A stretch of 63,544 nucleotides of DNA from Candidatus Woesearchaeota archaeon (GCA_002688775.1 NZDH01000016.1:1-63544); one strand, 5' to 3'; numbered from the stretch's first letter, positions 45,545 through 54,733 are shown. Program-made: numbers and translations. The notes: generated from the sequence alone by a model not told the origin.

Positions 45545-46310
45545 AAAAACAATTCTCAATAGGATAGAATCAGAATTATTGTTTGCTTTGAGTAAATATG
45601 TAATTCCATTTGTATCTAAAAAAATAAAAACAAAAAAACCAAGTAATCTTGAGAATATTGTCAACAAACCGAAAATTAATTTTAAAGATATCAGAGAACT
45701 TGAATCATTATTATTGAAGAATTTGAATGAAAATGTAAAAGTAAGGAAAAGAGCCAGAGTTATTTCAAATGATTCATTTTATTCATTAAGATTTAGAAGG
45801 GAAAAGAAAGATAATGAAAAAAACAATGAAAATTATTCAATAACTGTCAGATATGAGGAGAACCAAATTGAAGATAAATTAAAAGTTTCAGTTAAAAAAG
45901 ATGGAAAAGAAGTTTATTCTTCTGAAATAAACAATAAAAAAGGCATTAGGGATAAAGTTGCCCCTTACAGCATCAGAATAACTTATGAAGATAATTATTT
46001 CGAGGAAAGGCTTTCTATAACTTACAGGCAGCAACTAGGGAAATATAGGCAGCAGCATATTGCCAGCAAAGAGGATATGACTGAAAGAGTTCCGTTAAAA
46101 TGGGTCAATATCCATCCTGAAAGCACAATGGGCGGCGTATTAGGATTTACATATCTCGGTGACCATTCAATGGGCAGAAGGGCAGATCTGACAGGCAGCA
46201 CAGCAAGAATGGTGGATATCCATGAAAGCATCCATACTCCGGATGAATATGAGACAAGAGTTTTGACTTCTTGGATAATGGAGAAAGCAAGAGGGAAGTA
46301 TATCAAATAA
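45534..46310 (+). CDS. Hypothetical protein with a C-terminal HExxH motif (putative Zn-metallopeptidase)
   Basis: 258 aa. K/N-rich N-terminal half. C-terminus ...MVDIHESIHTPDEYETR. Overlaps the upstream mutase gene by 11 nt. Confidence 0.45.
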   Translation: MNNKKTILNRIESELLFALSKYVIPFVSKKIKTKKPSNLENIVNKPKINFKDIRELESLLLKNLNENVKVRKRARVISNDSFYSLRFRREKKDNEKNNENYSITVRYEENQIEDKLKVSVKKDGKEVYSSEINNKKGIRDKVAPYSIRITYEDNYFEERLSITYRQQLGKYRQQHIASKEDMTERVPLKWVNIHPESTMGGVLGFTYLGDHSMGRRADLTGSTARMVDIHESIHTPDEYETRVLTSWIMEKARGKYIK

Positions 46311-46313
46311 AAA

Positions 46314-47159
46314 ATGTCAACTACAATCGGTATAATCTCAGCTGCTGTTGCGGCAATCGGATGGGGATCTTACTTTGTGCCGATGAAAAAGATTAAAAAG
46401 TTCGATCCTTTCTATTTTCAATTATTGATTTGTATTGGAGTGTTAATATCCAGTTCTATCATTGTCTTTTTGTATGGCTCATTTTCTCTTTCATATTACG
46501 GCATCTTGTCTGGTGTTTTATGGACTATAGGCAATGTTTTAGTCATATTTGCTGTGAATAGTCTTGGATTGGCAAGGACCGGTCCGATCAGCGGCGGTAT
46601 TGTAAGCTCAATGTCATTTTTATGGGGGCTGTTATACTTTAAAGAGATCATTTCATCTCTGCTTTTTGGTATTGTTGGCATATTTCTCCTGATAATGGGG
46701 ATTGTTTTGATATCTGCAACCACCAAAAATAGCGGATCGTATAATTTCAAAGGCTTGATTTTTGCTGTATCTGCTGCAGTTTTATTTGGAATGTACATCG
46801 TACCATTAAAAGTGTCTGGACTTGAGCCAATGCAGTTTTTGTTTTCTATGTCGCTTGGAATTTTTGCCTCCGGCCTGGTATTTTATCTGATTAAATTTTC
46901 GAAGTTTGATAAGGAAATTATAATAAGCGGGCTTTCATCAGGAGTGTTATGGAACATAGCAAACATTGCCAGTTTTTTCGCTGTAGCAAATTTGGGCTTG
47001 GCAATCGGTTTTCCATTAACGCAGATCGCTTTGTTCGTCAATGTGCTGTGGGGATTGGTTTACTTTCATGAAATAACTGAGAGAAAGAAGATAATCAAGT
47101 TGGGAATAGGTGCTGTTGTGTTGTTCACTGGCGCTGTTTTGCTGGGGATTTCTGTTTGA
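46314..47159 (+). CDS. 10-TM DMT-superfamily transporter (GRP/glucose-uptake-like)
   Basis: 281 aa. AAIGWGSYFVPMKK start and two homologous 5-TM halves. Confidence 0.55.
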   Translation: MSTTIGIISAAVAAIGWGSYFVPMKKIKKFDPFYFQLLICIGVLISSSIIVFLYGSFSLSYYGILSGVLWTIGNVLVIFAVNSLGLARTGPISGGIVSSMSFLWGLLYFKEIISSLLFGIVGIFLLIMGIVLISATTKNSGSYNFKGLIFAVSAAVLFGMYIVPLKVSGLEPMQFLFSMSLGIFASGLVFYLIKFSKFDKEIIISGLSSGVLWNIANIASFFAVANLGLAIGFPLTQIALFVNVLWGLVYFHEITERKKIIKLGIGAVVLFTGAVLLGISV

Positions 47160-47205
47160 GATAAATTTATATACTGATATTGGATATTCTGAATTGGAAT
47201 AACAA

Positions 47206-47517
47206 ATGAGAGAAACAAATCATGGTGTAGTTTTAAAGGAGCAAGATGGACTTCATAGGGGGGAGTTATTAGTCAGGCCCCTATACACTGATATTGTGGT
47301 ACCGGTTCAATTTAGAGATGTTGTTTGGTTTCCACGTGGAACTGATGGGAGGGAAACACCCATGGAGTTTAGGTTAGCTCATGATGGCCATGATCCATCG
47401 ACAGGTATGTTGAATGTTACTGTACAATCACCAACATTAAGGCCTGTAAGTATAGACGTGCATGTAAGTCAAATTGGAGTAGATTTTGGCTATAAAGTAG
47501 TTGAATATCATCACTAA
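47206..47517 (+). CDS. Foreign-composition hypothetical protein (103 aa, beta-rich)
   Basis: R/H/V/P-rich. No family recognised. Confidence 0.5.
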   Translation: MRETNHGVVLKEQDGLHRGELLVRPLYTDIVVPVQFRDVVWFPRGTDGRETPMEFRLAHDGHDPSTGMLNVTVQSPTLRPVSIDVHVSQIGVDFGYKVVEYHH

Positions 47518-47580
47518 AGATAATCATTAAAATTTAGCCTGTTTTTTTGTTGATGTTAAAATGTTTTATTTGGGGGGAGA

Positions 47581-47862
47581 ATGGCATCTAGCTTAGGTGG
47601 ATTGGGTTCAGAAACTATAAGTTATTCGGATTTGTCTGTTGACCTAGTCACACTTAGATCGACAGTTTCTCAACTGGAAAAGGCTGTTGAAGTTGGAATA
47701 GTGACTAAGGCAAATCTACTGTATATTATAAGGAGTTTAATTCAAGCAGGTAGATTCAGTCCGGATTCAAGGGAAATGGCGGTTATTGAGAATTTTTATT
47801 TAGACACTTATCGTCAGCACTTGCCAGAAGATATAAAGTATGCTGGCGCTAGAGAACCTTAG
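47581..47862 (+). CDS. Foreign-composition hypothetical protein (93 aa, helical)
   Basis: Follows 47206-47517 on the same strand. No family recognised. Confidence 0.5.
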   Translation: MASSLGGLGSETISYSDLSVDLVTLRSTVSQLEKAVEVGIVTKANLLYIIRSLIQAGRFSPDSREMAVIENFYLDTYRQHLPEDIKYAGAREP

Positions 47863-47910
47863 TTAAAGTCAAAACTTCAGATATACTTTACAAATCTTGA
47901 AATTTGGGAC

Positions 47911-49026
47911 TTACAATAATTCTCCCAAATCCTTAAACATATCCATCATCCCTAAATCTTCAGCCACTGGCTTGTATGTTATAAATCCTTTATGTGTATT
48001 AACGCCTTTTGCAAAACCAGGATTTTCTTTAACTAAATTGTCAAATCCTTTATTTGCCAATTTTAATAGATATGGAAAAGTTGCATTTGTCAATGCCATT
48101 GTTGATGTTCTTGGATAAGCTCCTGGCATGTTGGTTACGCAATAGTGAGTTACTCCATGCTTTACAAAAATTGGATTGCTGTGGCTTGTTGGTTTTGAAG
48201 TCTCGATGCAGCCGCCTTGGTCAATGCTGACATCAACGATAACTGATCCAGGCTGCATTGTCTTGACCATCTCTTCTGTTACAACAAAAGGCGCTTTAGC
48301 TCCTTTAAGCAATACAGCTCCAACAACTAAGTCAGCATCTATTATGTGTTTTGAAATATTCTCTTGGTTTGAAAGCATAACGTGGGCTTGTTTTCCGATG
48401 ATATCTCTCAGATGATCCATCCTTTCTTCGTGTCTTCCAAACAAAAACACATTTGCACCCAATCCATATGCTGTTTTTGCTGCATGCCTGCCAACAATCC
48501 CATCACCGATAATGACAACTTTCCCATATAATTTTCCAAGAATTTTGCCAAGCATCATGCCTCTTCCGCCGTTAAACTTTGCAAGATAATATGCAGCTAC
48601 CTGCACAGACATGTTTCCTGCAATTGCACTCATTGGGGCCAGTAAAGGCAATCGATAGTAGCCATCTTCAACTGTTTCGTAAGCAATAGAAGTTGTTTTA
48701 TTTTTTATCAATGATTCTGTTAGTAATTTTGGAGCTGCAGCTAAATGCAAAAAAGTGAATATAATCTGATTTTCTTTAATAAATTTATATTCTGGCTCTA
48801 ATGGCTCTTTGACTTTTACTACAATGTCTGTGTTCCAAGCCTGTTCTACTGAAACAATTTCAGCTCCGGCTTGTTTGTAATCATCATCTGTGAAACCGCT
48901 GCCTAAACTGCCATTTTTTTCAACAAGAACCTTATGTCCATCAGAAACCAGCTGCTTAGCGCCTTCCGGAGTCAGAGCTATTCTGTTTTCTTTGTCTTTT
49001 GTTTCTTTTGGTACGCCTATTAAAAT
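47911..49026 (-). CDS. ald: Alanine dehydrogenase, full length (371 aa) only if initiated at ATT 49026
   Basis: The ORF track gives 47911-48750 (first TTG). The same frame is open upstream and encodes ILIGVPKETKDKENRIALTPEGAKQLVSDGHKVLVE...KVKEPL..., the canonical Ald N-terminus. GGTG lies 7 nt upstream of the ATT. Confidence 0.88.
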   Translation of the reverse strand: MLIGVPKETKDKENRIALTPEGAKQLVSDGHKVLVEKNGSLGSGFTDDDYKQAGAEIVSVEQAWNTDIVVKVKEPLEPEYKFIKENQIIFTFLHLAAAPKLLTESLIKNKTTSIAYETVEDGYYRLPLLAPMSAIAGNMSVQVAAYYLAKFNGGRGMMLGKILGKLYGKVVIIGDGIVGRHAAKTAYGLGANVFLFGRHEERMDHLRDIIGKQAHVMLSNQENISKHIIDADLVVGAVLLKGAKAPFVVTEEMVKTMQPGSVIVDVSIDQGGCIETSKPTSHSNPIFVKHGVTHYCVTNMPGAYPRTSTMALTNATFPYLLKLANKGFDNLVKENPGFAKGVNTHKGFITYKPVAEDLGMMDMFKDLGELL

Positions 49027-49041
49027 CTTAGAACACCTTTT

Positions 49042-50052
49042 TTATTTTATCCCAAAACTTTTATTTGTCATTTCTATTGACTTTTGACCATCCTTAAATC
49101 CAGTCATTGCCCTTATGCAGTCAATGTTTTCCGGTACTACATCTGATTCCTGATGGACTGCCTGCATGTAAAGCAATTTATTGTAGCCATTTGATACTGC
49201 GCCTATCGCTTCTTTCCAGACGCAAATCTCCGGCATATCTCCTCTTTGCCTGCCTAAATCCCTGGCAAATTCTATTATTTCGGCAGTTGATCTTAAATGC
49301 TCTGCATTTCTTACTATCCTAATCCTTGTTGCACTGCTTAAAGCATCAATAACATCATCAACGTTCACCTTTTTCTTGACATCAGCTATTACAGTATGAA
49401 CGTGCATCAAAGTCGAAGGAACGCTCAGGGCAGTTGTAAATATCTGGCATTTTGGCAAAACGCTTCGAACATCAGGACCATGATGAGATGGCATCTCTAA
49501 AACTGGAACAACTGCGTTTATTGGGCCATGACGTATATCTCCTGGATCAGCTCCCCGCCTAATCAATGTTGCATGGACGCTTGTTATATCAAACTTGTTC
49601 AATGCATGCAAAGTCCTGCAAAGGCCAGTTGTATTACAACTTACAATCCTAACAAAATCTTTATTCAATGCTTCATCGTAGTTACACTGCGCTACAAAAG
49701 AAGTTCCGGTTGTTTCGTGTTTTTCACCGCCTTGAATTATTGCCTTGACTTTTTTTGGCTTATAATATTTCTCAATGTTTTCTTTTCCTACTTTTTTAGG
49801 AGTTGCGTCTACAATGATATCCACTTCTTCAAGGAGATTATTTATGTCACCAGCTGGTTTTATGCCATTTAATTTTAAATCTCCATCATCACCTACAGTA
49901 AATATCTTGTAGCCCTTTTCATTTGCAACTTCAGTGTTAAAACTATAAGAGTGTGCAGTAACACCTGTAAGTTTCATGTCTTTCTGCATTGCAACTGCAT
50001 CAGCGACTCTTTTGCCTATTGTTCCGTATCCAACAATCCCGACTTTTATCAT
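49042..50052 (-). CDS. gap: Glyceraldehyde-3-phosphate dehydrogenase, archaeal type
   Basis: 336 aa. MIKVGIVGYGTIGKRVADAV and active site SCNTTGLCR. Confidence 0.92.
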   Translation of the reverse strand: MIKVGIVGYGTIGKRVADAVAMQKDMKLTGVTAHSYSFNTEVANEKGYKIFTVGDDGDLKLNGIKPAGDINNLLEEVDIIVDATPKKVGKENIEKYYKPKKVKAIIQGGEKHETTGTSFVAQCNYDEALNKDFVRIVSCNTTGLCRTLHALNKFDITSVHATLIRRGADPGDIRHGPINAVVPVLEMPSHHGPDVRSVLPKCQIFTTALSVPSTLMHVHTVIADVKKKVNVDDVIDALSSATRIRIVRNAEHLRSTAEIIEFARDLGRQRGDMPEICVWKEAIGAVSNGYNKLLYMQAVHQESDVVPENIDCIRAMTGFKDGQKSIEMTNKSFGIK

Positions 50053-50055
50053 AAC

Positions 50056-51069
50056 TTATTTCTCCATGTCCTCAGTATACTTTCCCTGTGTTGCCAGGCT
50101 GTTGAGTTTAGCTCGCTTCAAGAATTCTCTTTGACCAGCTTCAATATTTTCATCTTTTCCCTGCCATGCTTTTAATGCAGGTCCCTGCAAAGCTCTGGCA
50201 TAAGAAAAGCTAACATACCAAGGTAATTCTTCTCCTAAAGTGTGGATTCTGTTCAGATGGGCAGTTGATTCTTCAGGAGTCTGGCCGCCAGACAAAAAAT
50301 TTATGCTCGGCAATTCAGCTGGTACATTTTCTTTTAAAATCTTGATTGTTTGTTTTGCAACCTCATCAACATTAGCTCTGTTGTCAGCCTCTTTACCAGA
50401 AATAACCATACTTGGCTTCAAGATTGTACAATCAAGCGCTACATTTTCTTTTTTTAAAGCTTCAAAAACAGCCTTCAAGACTTTGTCAGTAACTTTGTTA
50501 CAAGTTTCAATAGAATGGGTGCCATCAATCAAAACTTCTGGTTCAACTATAGGAACAAAACCGTGCTCTTGGCAAATTTTAGCGTATTTTGCAAGGTCTT
50601 CTGCATTTTTCTTTATTGATTCGTCACTAGGTGTATTTTCGGAAATGTTATACACAGCTCTCCACTTCGTAAATCTCGCACCTGTTTTCTTGTATACTTC
50701 AAGCCTGTCGCCTAAACCGTCTAAGCCTTTGGTATATTTTTCTCCTGAATCATTTAAGTCTGCAAGACCTTGGTCAACCTTGATACCCGGAACAATGCCT
50801 TTTTTAGCCAACAGTTCAGGAAATAAAACGCCATCATTTGATTTTTGATACAAAGTTTCTTCAAATAAAATAACTCCAACAATATAATTTTCAAGTTGAG
50901 GTGCTGATAATATCAAATTTCGGTATTGCCTCCTAGTTTCTTCTGTAGATTCAACATTTATAGCTGCCAAGCGTTTTGCAGCGCTTTTGAGACCCTCATC
51001 AGCTGCTAAAATCCCTTTGCCTACAATAACCATGTCTTTTATTGTTTGTTTAAGTTCTTGATTGGTCAT
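50056..51069 (-). CDS. fba: Fructose-bisphosphate aldolase, class I
   Basis: 337 aa. GILAADE and the Schiff-base lysine context ILKPSMV. Confidence 0.9.
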   Translation of the reverse strand: MTNQELKQTIKDMVIVGKGILAADEGLKSAAKRLAAINVESTEETRRQYRNLILSAPQLENYIVGVILFEETLYQKSNDGVLFPELLAKKGIVPGIKVDQGLADLNDSGEKYTKGLDGLGDRLEVYKKTGARFTKWRAVYNISENTPSDESIKKNAEDLAKYAKICQEHGFVPIVEPEVLIDGTHSIETCNKVTDKVLKAVFEALKKENVALDCTILKPSMVISGKEADNRANVDEVAKQTIKILKENVPAELPSINFLSGGQTPEESTAHLNRIHTLGEELPWYVSFSYARALQGPALKAWQGKDENIEAGQREFLKRAKLNSLATQGKYTEDMEK

Positions 51070-51080
51070 ATTATCACCTT

Positions 51081-52037
51081 TTAATATTCTGGAACATGCT
51101 CAAATTTATGCTCTGATTCAATAAATCTCACTGTTTTAGTTTTTGCTCGCATCACAATTGAATGTGTTTTTGCACCATCGCTTAAAAATTGAACTCCTTT
51201 TAGGATTGTGCCGTCTGTAACACCAGTTGCTGCAAACATGGATTCATTGCTAGAAACTAAATCGTTCATCAATAATTTTTTATCGGGATCTTTCATGCCC
51301 ATTTTTTTTGCTCTGGCTTTTTCTTCATCATTCCTGAACTTTAACCTGCCTTGAATTTCACCGCCAAGGCATTTTAATCCAACGGCTGCAATAACTCCTT
51401 CTGGTGCAGCGCCTATGCCTAGCAAAAGATCGATGCCGGAATCTTCAATTGCAGGCGCCATGGCCCCAGCAATATCTCCGTCCCTTATGAGTTTGATCCT
51501 GGCACCGCATTTTCTAACTTTTTCTATCAGTTCTTTGTGCCTGTCTCTGTCGAGAATTATGACCGTGACTTCTTCAACATCTTTATTTAAGATTTTAGCT
51601 ACTGCATGGATGTTTTCTTCAACAGACTTGTCCAGATCAACAGCACCAACACATTTTGGACCAACAGCAATTTTGTTCATGTAGGTATCAGGGGCATTCA
51701 ATAAACATCCTGTCGGAGCTGCTGCAAAAACAGACATTGCATTTGAATCGCCTCTTGCTGTTATTGTAGTGCCTTCTAATGGATCAATTGCAATATCAAG
51801 CTTCAAACCTTTTCCAGAACCAACTTTTTCACCAATGTAAAGCATTGGCGCTTCGTCTCTTTCGCCTTCCCCAATAACAACAGTGCCGTCCATATCGATG
51901 ATGCTGAAGGCTTTTCGCATTGCTTCAACAGCTGCATGGTCTGCTGATTTTTCACTTCCTTTTCCAACCCATAAAGCAGAACTTATTGCAGCTGCTTCTG
52001 TTGCCCTTACAAATTCCAAAGCTAGATTTCTATCCAT
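51081..52037 (-). CDS. glpX: Fructose-1,6-bisphosphatase class II (GlpX)
   Basis: MDRNLALEFVRATEAAAISSA..., GEGERDEAPML, DPLEGTT. The ORF track extends to 52070. Confidence 0.9.
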   Translation of the reverse strand: MDRNLALEFVRATEAAAISSALWVGKGSEKSADHAAVEAMRKAFSIIDMDGTVVIGEGERDEAPMLYIGEKVGSGKGLKLDIAIDPLEGTTITARGDSNAMSVFAAAPTGCLLNAPDTYMNKIAVGPKCVGAVDLDKSVEENIHAVAKILNKDVEEVTVIILDRDRHKELIEKVRKCGARIKLIRDGDIAGAMAPAIEDSGIDLLLGIGAAPEGVIAAVGLKCLGGEIQGRLKFRNDEEKARAKKMGMKDPDKKLLMNDLVSSNESMFAATGVTDGTILKGVQFLSDGAKTHSIVMRAKTKTVRFIESEHKFEHVPEY

Positions 52038-52256
52038 AAAACCCCACAAAAAATTGTTTATCGTGCCCATATTTATAGTTTTCTATTTTATCATACTTTA
52101 TCATACGAAAATGGAAAGATTTATAAAGCTAATATATAACCATTAAAATCGGATTTGAGAGGTTAAACTATTTGTCAAAAACCAACAGACAATTTTGTCC
52201 CGGTTTTTGAGCATGCTCGAAAATATACTTCAATTAGAACAACATTGGATTTACGT

Positions 52257-52278
52257 CCATCAGTCCAAGGACTGATGG
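52257..52278. promoter_or_regulatory. Perfect 10-bp inverted repeat CCATCAGTCC-aa-GGACTGATGG, 14 nt upstream of the RHH-fusion gene
   Basis: Read directly from the sequence. Candidate operator for the ribbon-helix-helix domain encoded immediately downstream. Confidence 0.45.
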
Positions 52279-52292
52279 TATATTTTAGACAT

Positions 52293-53144
52293 ATGAAAGA
52301 AAGAATTACTATAACTCTAGACAAGAATTTAATAAGCCAGATCGACAAGAGAATAGACGGCATTGATATTAAAAATAGGTCGCAGGAGATAGAGCTGATG
52401 CTGGCAGAATCTTTGGGTACAAATATTCCAAGCAAAGCTGTTCTTTTAATTGGAGGAAAAGGAACCAGGCTTAGGCCTTTGACTTACAAAATTCCAAAAG
52501 CACTTCTTGAAGTTCAGGGCAAGGCTTTGACCGAACATCTATTTGATCTGTTCAAGAAATACAGTATCAGGGATGTTGTTTTGTGTGTCGGTTATCTTAA
52601 AGATAAAATAAAAGAACATTTTGGAGATGGAAGCAAGTTTGGCGTGAATATAACTTATGTTGAGGAAAATGAGCCGCTTGGAACTGCCGGTCCATTGAAG
52701 TTAGGGAAAAACTATCTCAATGAGAGTTTTATTGCCTCAAATGGTGATGAACTAAAGAATATAAACATCGCAAGGATGTTTAGACTGCACAAAAGAAAGG
52801 ATGCTTTGGCAACAATAGCCCTTACAACAGTTGATGATCCTACACAATATGGTGTTGCACGGCTTGATGGTTCCAGAATAATCAAATTTGTTGAAAAACC
52901 AAGCAATCCGCCTTCTAATCTTATCAATGCCGGCTTTTACATTATTGAGCCAGAAGTTTTAGACATGATCCCTAAAGGATTTTCAATGCTGGAAAAAGAT
53001 GTATTTCCAAAACTTGCTAAAATGGGAAGACTAAGGGGATTTCCTTTTGCAGGCCAGTGGTTTGATGTCGGCAATATGGAACGATACAAACTGGCAGAGA
53101 AGAAGTGGAAAGGTGTTGTTTCTATAGAAGAGGATGAAAGTTGA
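52293..53144 (+). CDS. Sugar-1-phosphate nucleotidyltransferase with an N-terminal ribbon-helix-helix (CopG-like) domain
   Basis: MKERITITLDKNLISQIDKRIDG..NRSQEIELMLAESL (RHH) followed by LLIGGKGTRLRPLTYKIPKALL (NTP_transferase signature). Confidence 0.8.
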   Translation: MKERITITLDKNLISQIDKRIDGIDIKNRSQEIELMLAESLGTNIPSKAVLLIGGKGTRLRPLTYKIPKALLEVQGKALTEHLFDLFKKYSIRDVVLCVGYLKDKIKEHFGDGSKFGVNITYVEENEPLGTAGPLKLGKNYLNESFIASNGDELKNINIARMFRLHKRKDALATIALTTVDDPTQYGVARLDGSRIIKFVEKPSNPPSNLINAGFYIIEPEVLDMIPKGFSMLEKDVFPKLAKMGRLRGFPFAGQWFDVGNMERYKLAEKKWKGVVSIEEDES

Positions 53145-53160
53145 GATAGGATAATAAAAA

Positions 53161-53340
53161 ATGGCTACAATATCACCTGAATTTGCAGGTAACACGATAA
53201 TTGTCATGCTTGTAGTCTATGTCATCATGCTGATCTACAGCATGTTCATGGCCTATCTTGGCTGGAAACAGGCAAGGGTAAATGAGCAAATGAAAGAAGT
53301 CATTAAGATACTGAAGCAGATAAGGGATAAGAAGAAATAA
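53161..53340 (+). CDS. Small single-TM protein (59 aa, below the ORF-track cut-off)
   Basis: MATISPEFAGNTIIVMLVVYVIMLIYSMFMAYLGWKQARVNEQMKEVIKILKQIRDKKK*, from hand translation. Confidence 0.35.
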   Translation: MATISPEFAGNTIIVMLVVYVIMLIYSMFMAYLGWKQARVNEQMKEVIKILKQIRDKKK

Positions 53341-53392
53341 TCATTATAAACACATTTAAATATTAATGAATTAAAAATTATTCTGGTAAACT

Positions 53393-54733
53393 ATGTTAAA
53401 TGAAATCTTCAAAGCCTATGACGTAAGGGGAATTTACGGTGAGAATCTGACAGAACAGATTGCCTATGATATCGGCAAGGCTTTTGTTACTTTTTTACGA
53501 TGCAAGAAAGTGGTTGTCGGCACTGATATGCGCCTTTCTTCTCCAAAATTAAGTAAAGCTTTGATGAAAGGGATTACAGACCAAGGGGCTGATGCAATCT
53601 TGATTGGAGAAGTCTGCACTGACGCTGTTTATTTTGCTTCTGGACATTTGAATCAACCCGGAGTTATGTTTACTGCTTCCCACAATCCCCCACAGTATAA
53701 TGGATTGAAATTCTGCAAAAAAAATGCTGTCCCTATTAATAAAAATACAGGATTGCAAAAAATAAAATCAATAATTGAGAAAAAACAGTATGGTAAGGCA
53801 AGAAAACCCGGGAAAATAATCAAGAAAGATGTCTTGAAGGATTATGTCAGGCATGTTCATAAATTTATTGATGTTAGAAAATTAAGAAAACTAAAAATTG
53901 CAGTTGATGCCGGCAATGGGATGGCTGGGAAAATTATTCCTTTAGTTTTTAAAAGATTGACAGTCAAGATTGTCCCCCTTTATTTCAAGCTCGACGGCAG
54001 CTTTCCAAACCATCCTGCTGACCCTTCCAAATATGAAAACTTGGTTGAGCTGCAAAAGGCAGTAAGAGAAAAACATTGTGATTTCGGCATGGCTTTTGAC
54101 GGTGATGCTGACAGGATTTTTTTTGTTGATGAAAATGGAAACGTGATAAACAGCTCTTTGATATCATCGATGATAATTAAGAGCATATTACTAAAAAATA
54201 AGAAACAAAAAGTGATCCATAATATTGTCTGCAGCCATATTGTTCCTGACACTATCAAAAAGTATGGCGGCAAAGTCATTGTTGAGAGGGTCGGGCATTC
54301 TTTTATCAAGGACACAATGCGGAAAACAAAAGCAATTTTCGCTTGTGAGCATTCTGCGCATTATTATTACAAGGAAAACTATAGGGCAGACTCTGGAATG
54401 ATAACAAGCCTTATTGTAGCAGAAATAATATCTAAAGAGAATAAATTGTTATCAGAATTACTAAATGAATTCAGGAGATATAGTACAATTGAAGAAACTA
54501 ATGCTGAAGTCCAAGATAAAAGTGCAAAATTAAAGGAGATTGAATCAATCTATAAAAAACAAGATCCAAATAAAATATCAAAACTTGATGGAGTTACAGT
54601 TGAATTTGATAATTGGTGGTTTAATGTTCGTCCTTCCAATACAGAGCCGTTGCTTAGATTAAATTTAGAGGCTAATTCTAAAGATTTGATGGAAGAGAAG
54701 AAGGAAGAAGTGTTAAATATTATGAGAAGATAA
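53393..54733 (+). CDS. Phosphomannomutase/phosphoglucomutase
   Basis: 446 aa. TASHNPPQYNGLKF, FDGDADR, C-terminus RPSNTEPLLRL. Confidence 0.88.
   Translation: MLNEIFKAYDVRGIYGENLTEQIAYDIGKAFVTFLRCKKVVVGTDMRLSSPKLSKALMKGITDQGADAILIGEVCTDAVYFASGHLNQPGVMFTASHNPPQYNGLKFCKKNAVPINKNTGLQKIKSIIEKKQYGKARKPGKIIKKDVLKDYVRHVHKFIDVRKLRKLKIAVDAGNGMAGKIIPLVFKRLTVKIVPLYFKLDGSFPNHPADPSKYENLVELQKAVREKHCDFGMAFDGDADRIFFVDENGNVINSSLISSMIIKSILLKNKKQKVIHNIVCSHIVPDTIKKYGGKVIVERVGHSFIKDTMRKTKAIFACEHSAHYYYKENYRADSGMITSLIVAEIISKENKLLSELLNEFRRYSTIEETNAEVQDKSAKLKEIESIYKKQDPNKISKLDGVTVEFDNWWFNVRPSNTEPLLRLNLEANSKDLMEEKKEEVLNIMRR

Noticed and set aside
50240-50848. 202-aa ORF antisense to fba, with similar antisense ORFs in proS (23385-24410), carB (35978-38874), rrp4/rrp41 (58822-59328) and the 522-aa foreign gene (22077-23115)
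   Set aside because: All lie entirely inside well-supported genes on the opposite strand and lack family features. They are shadow ORFs.
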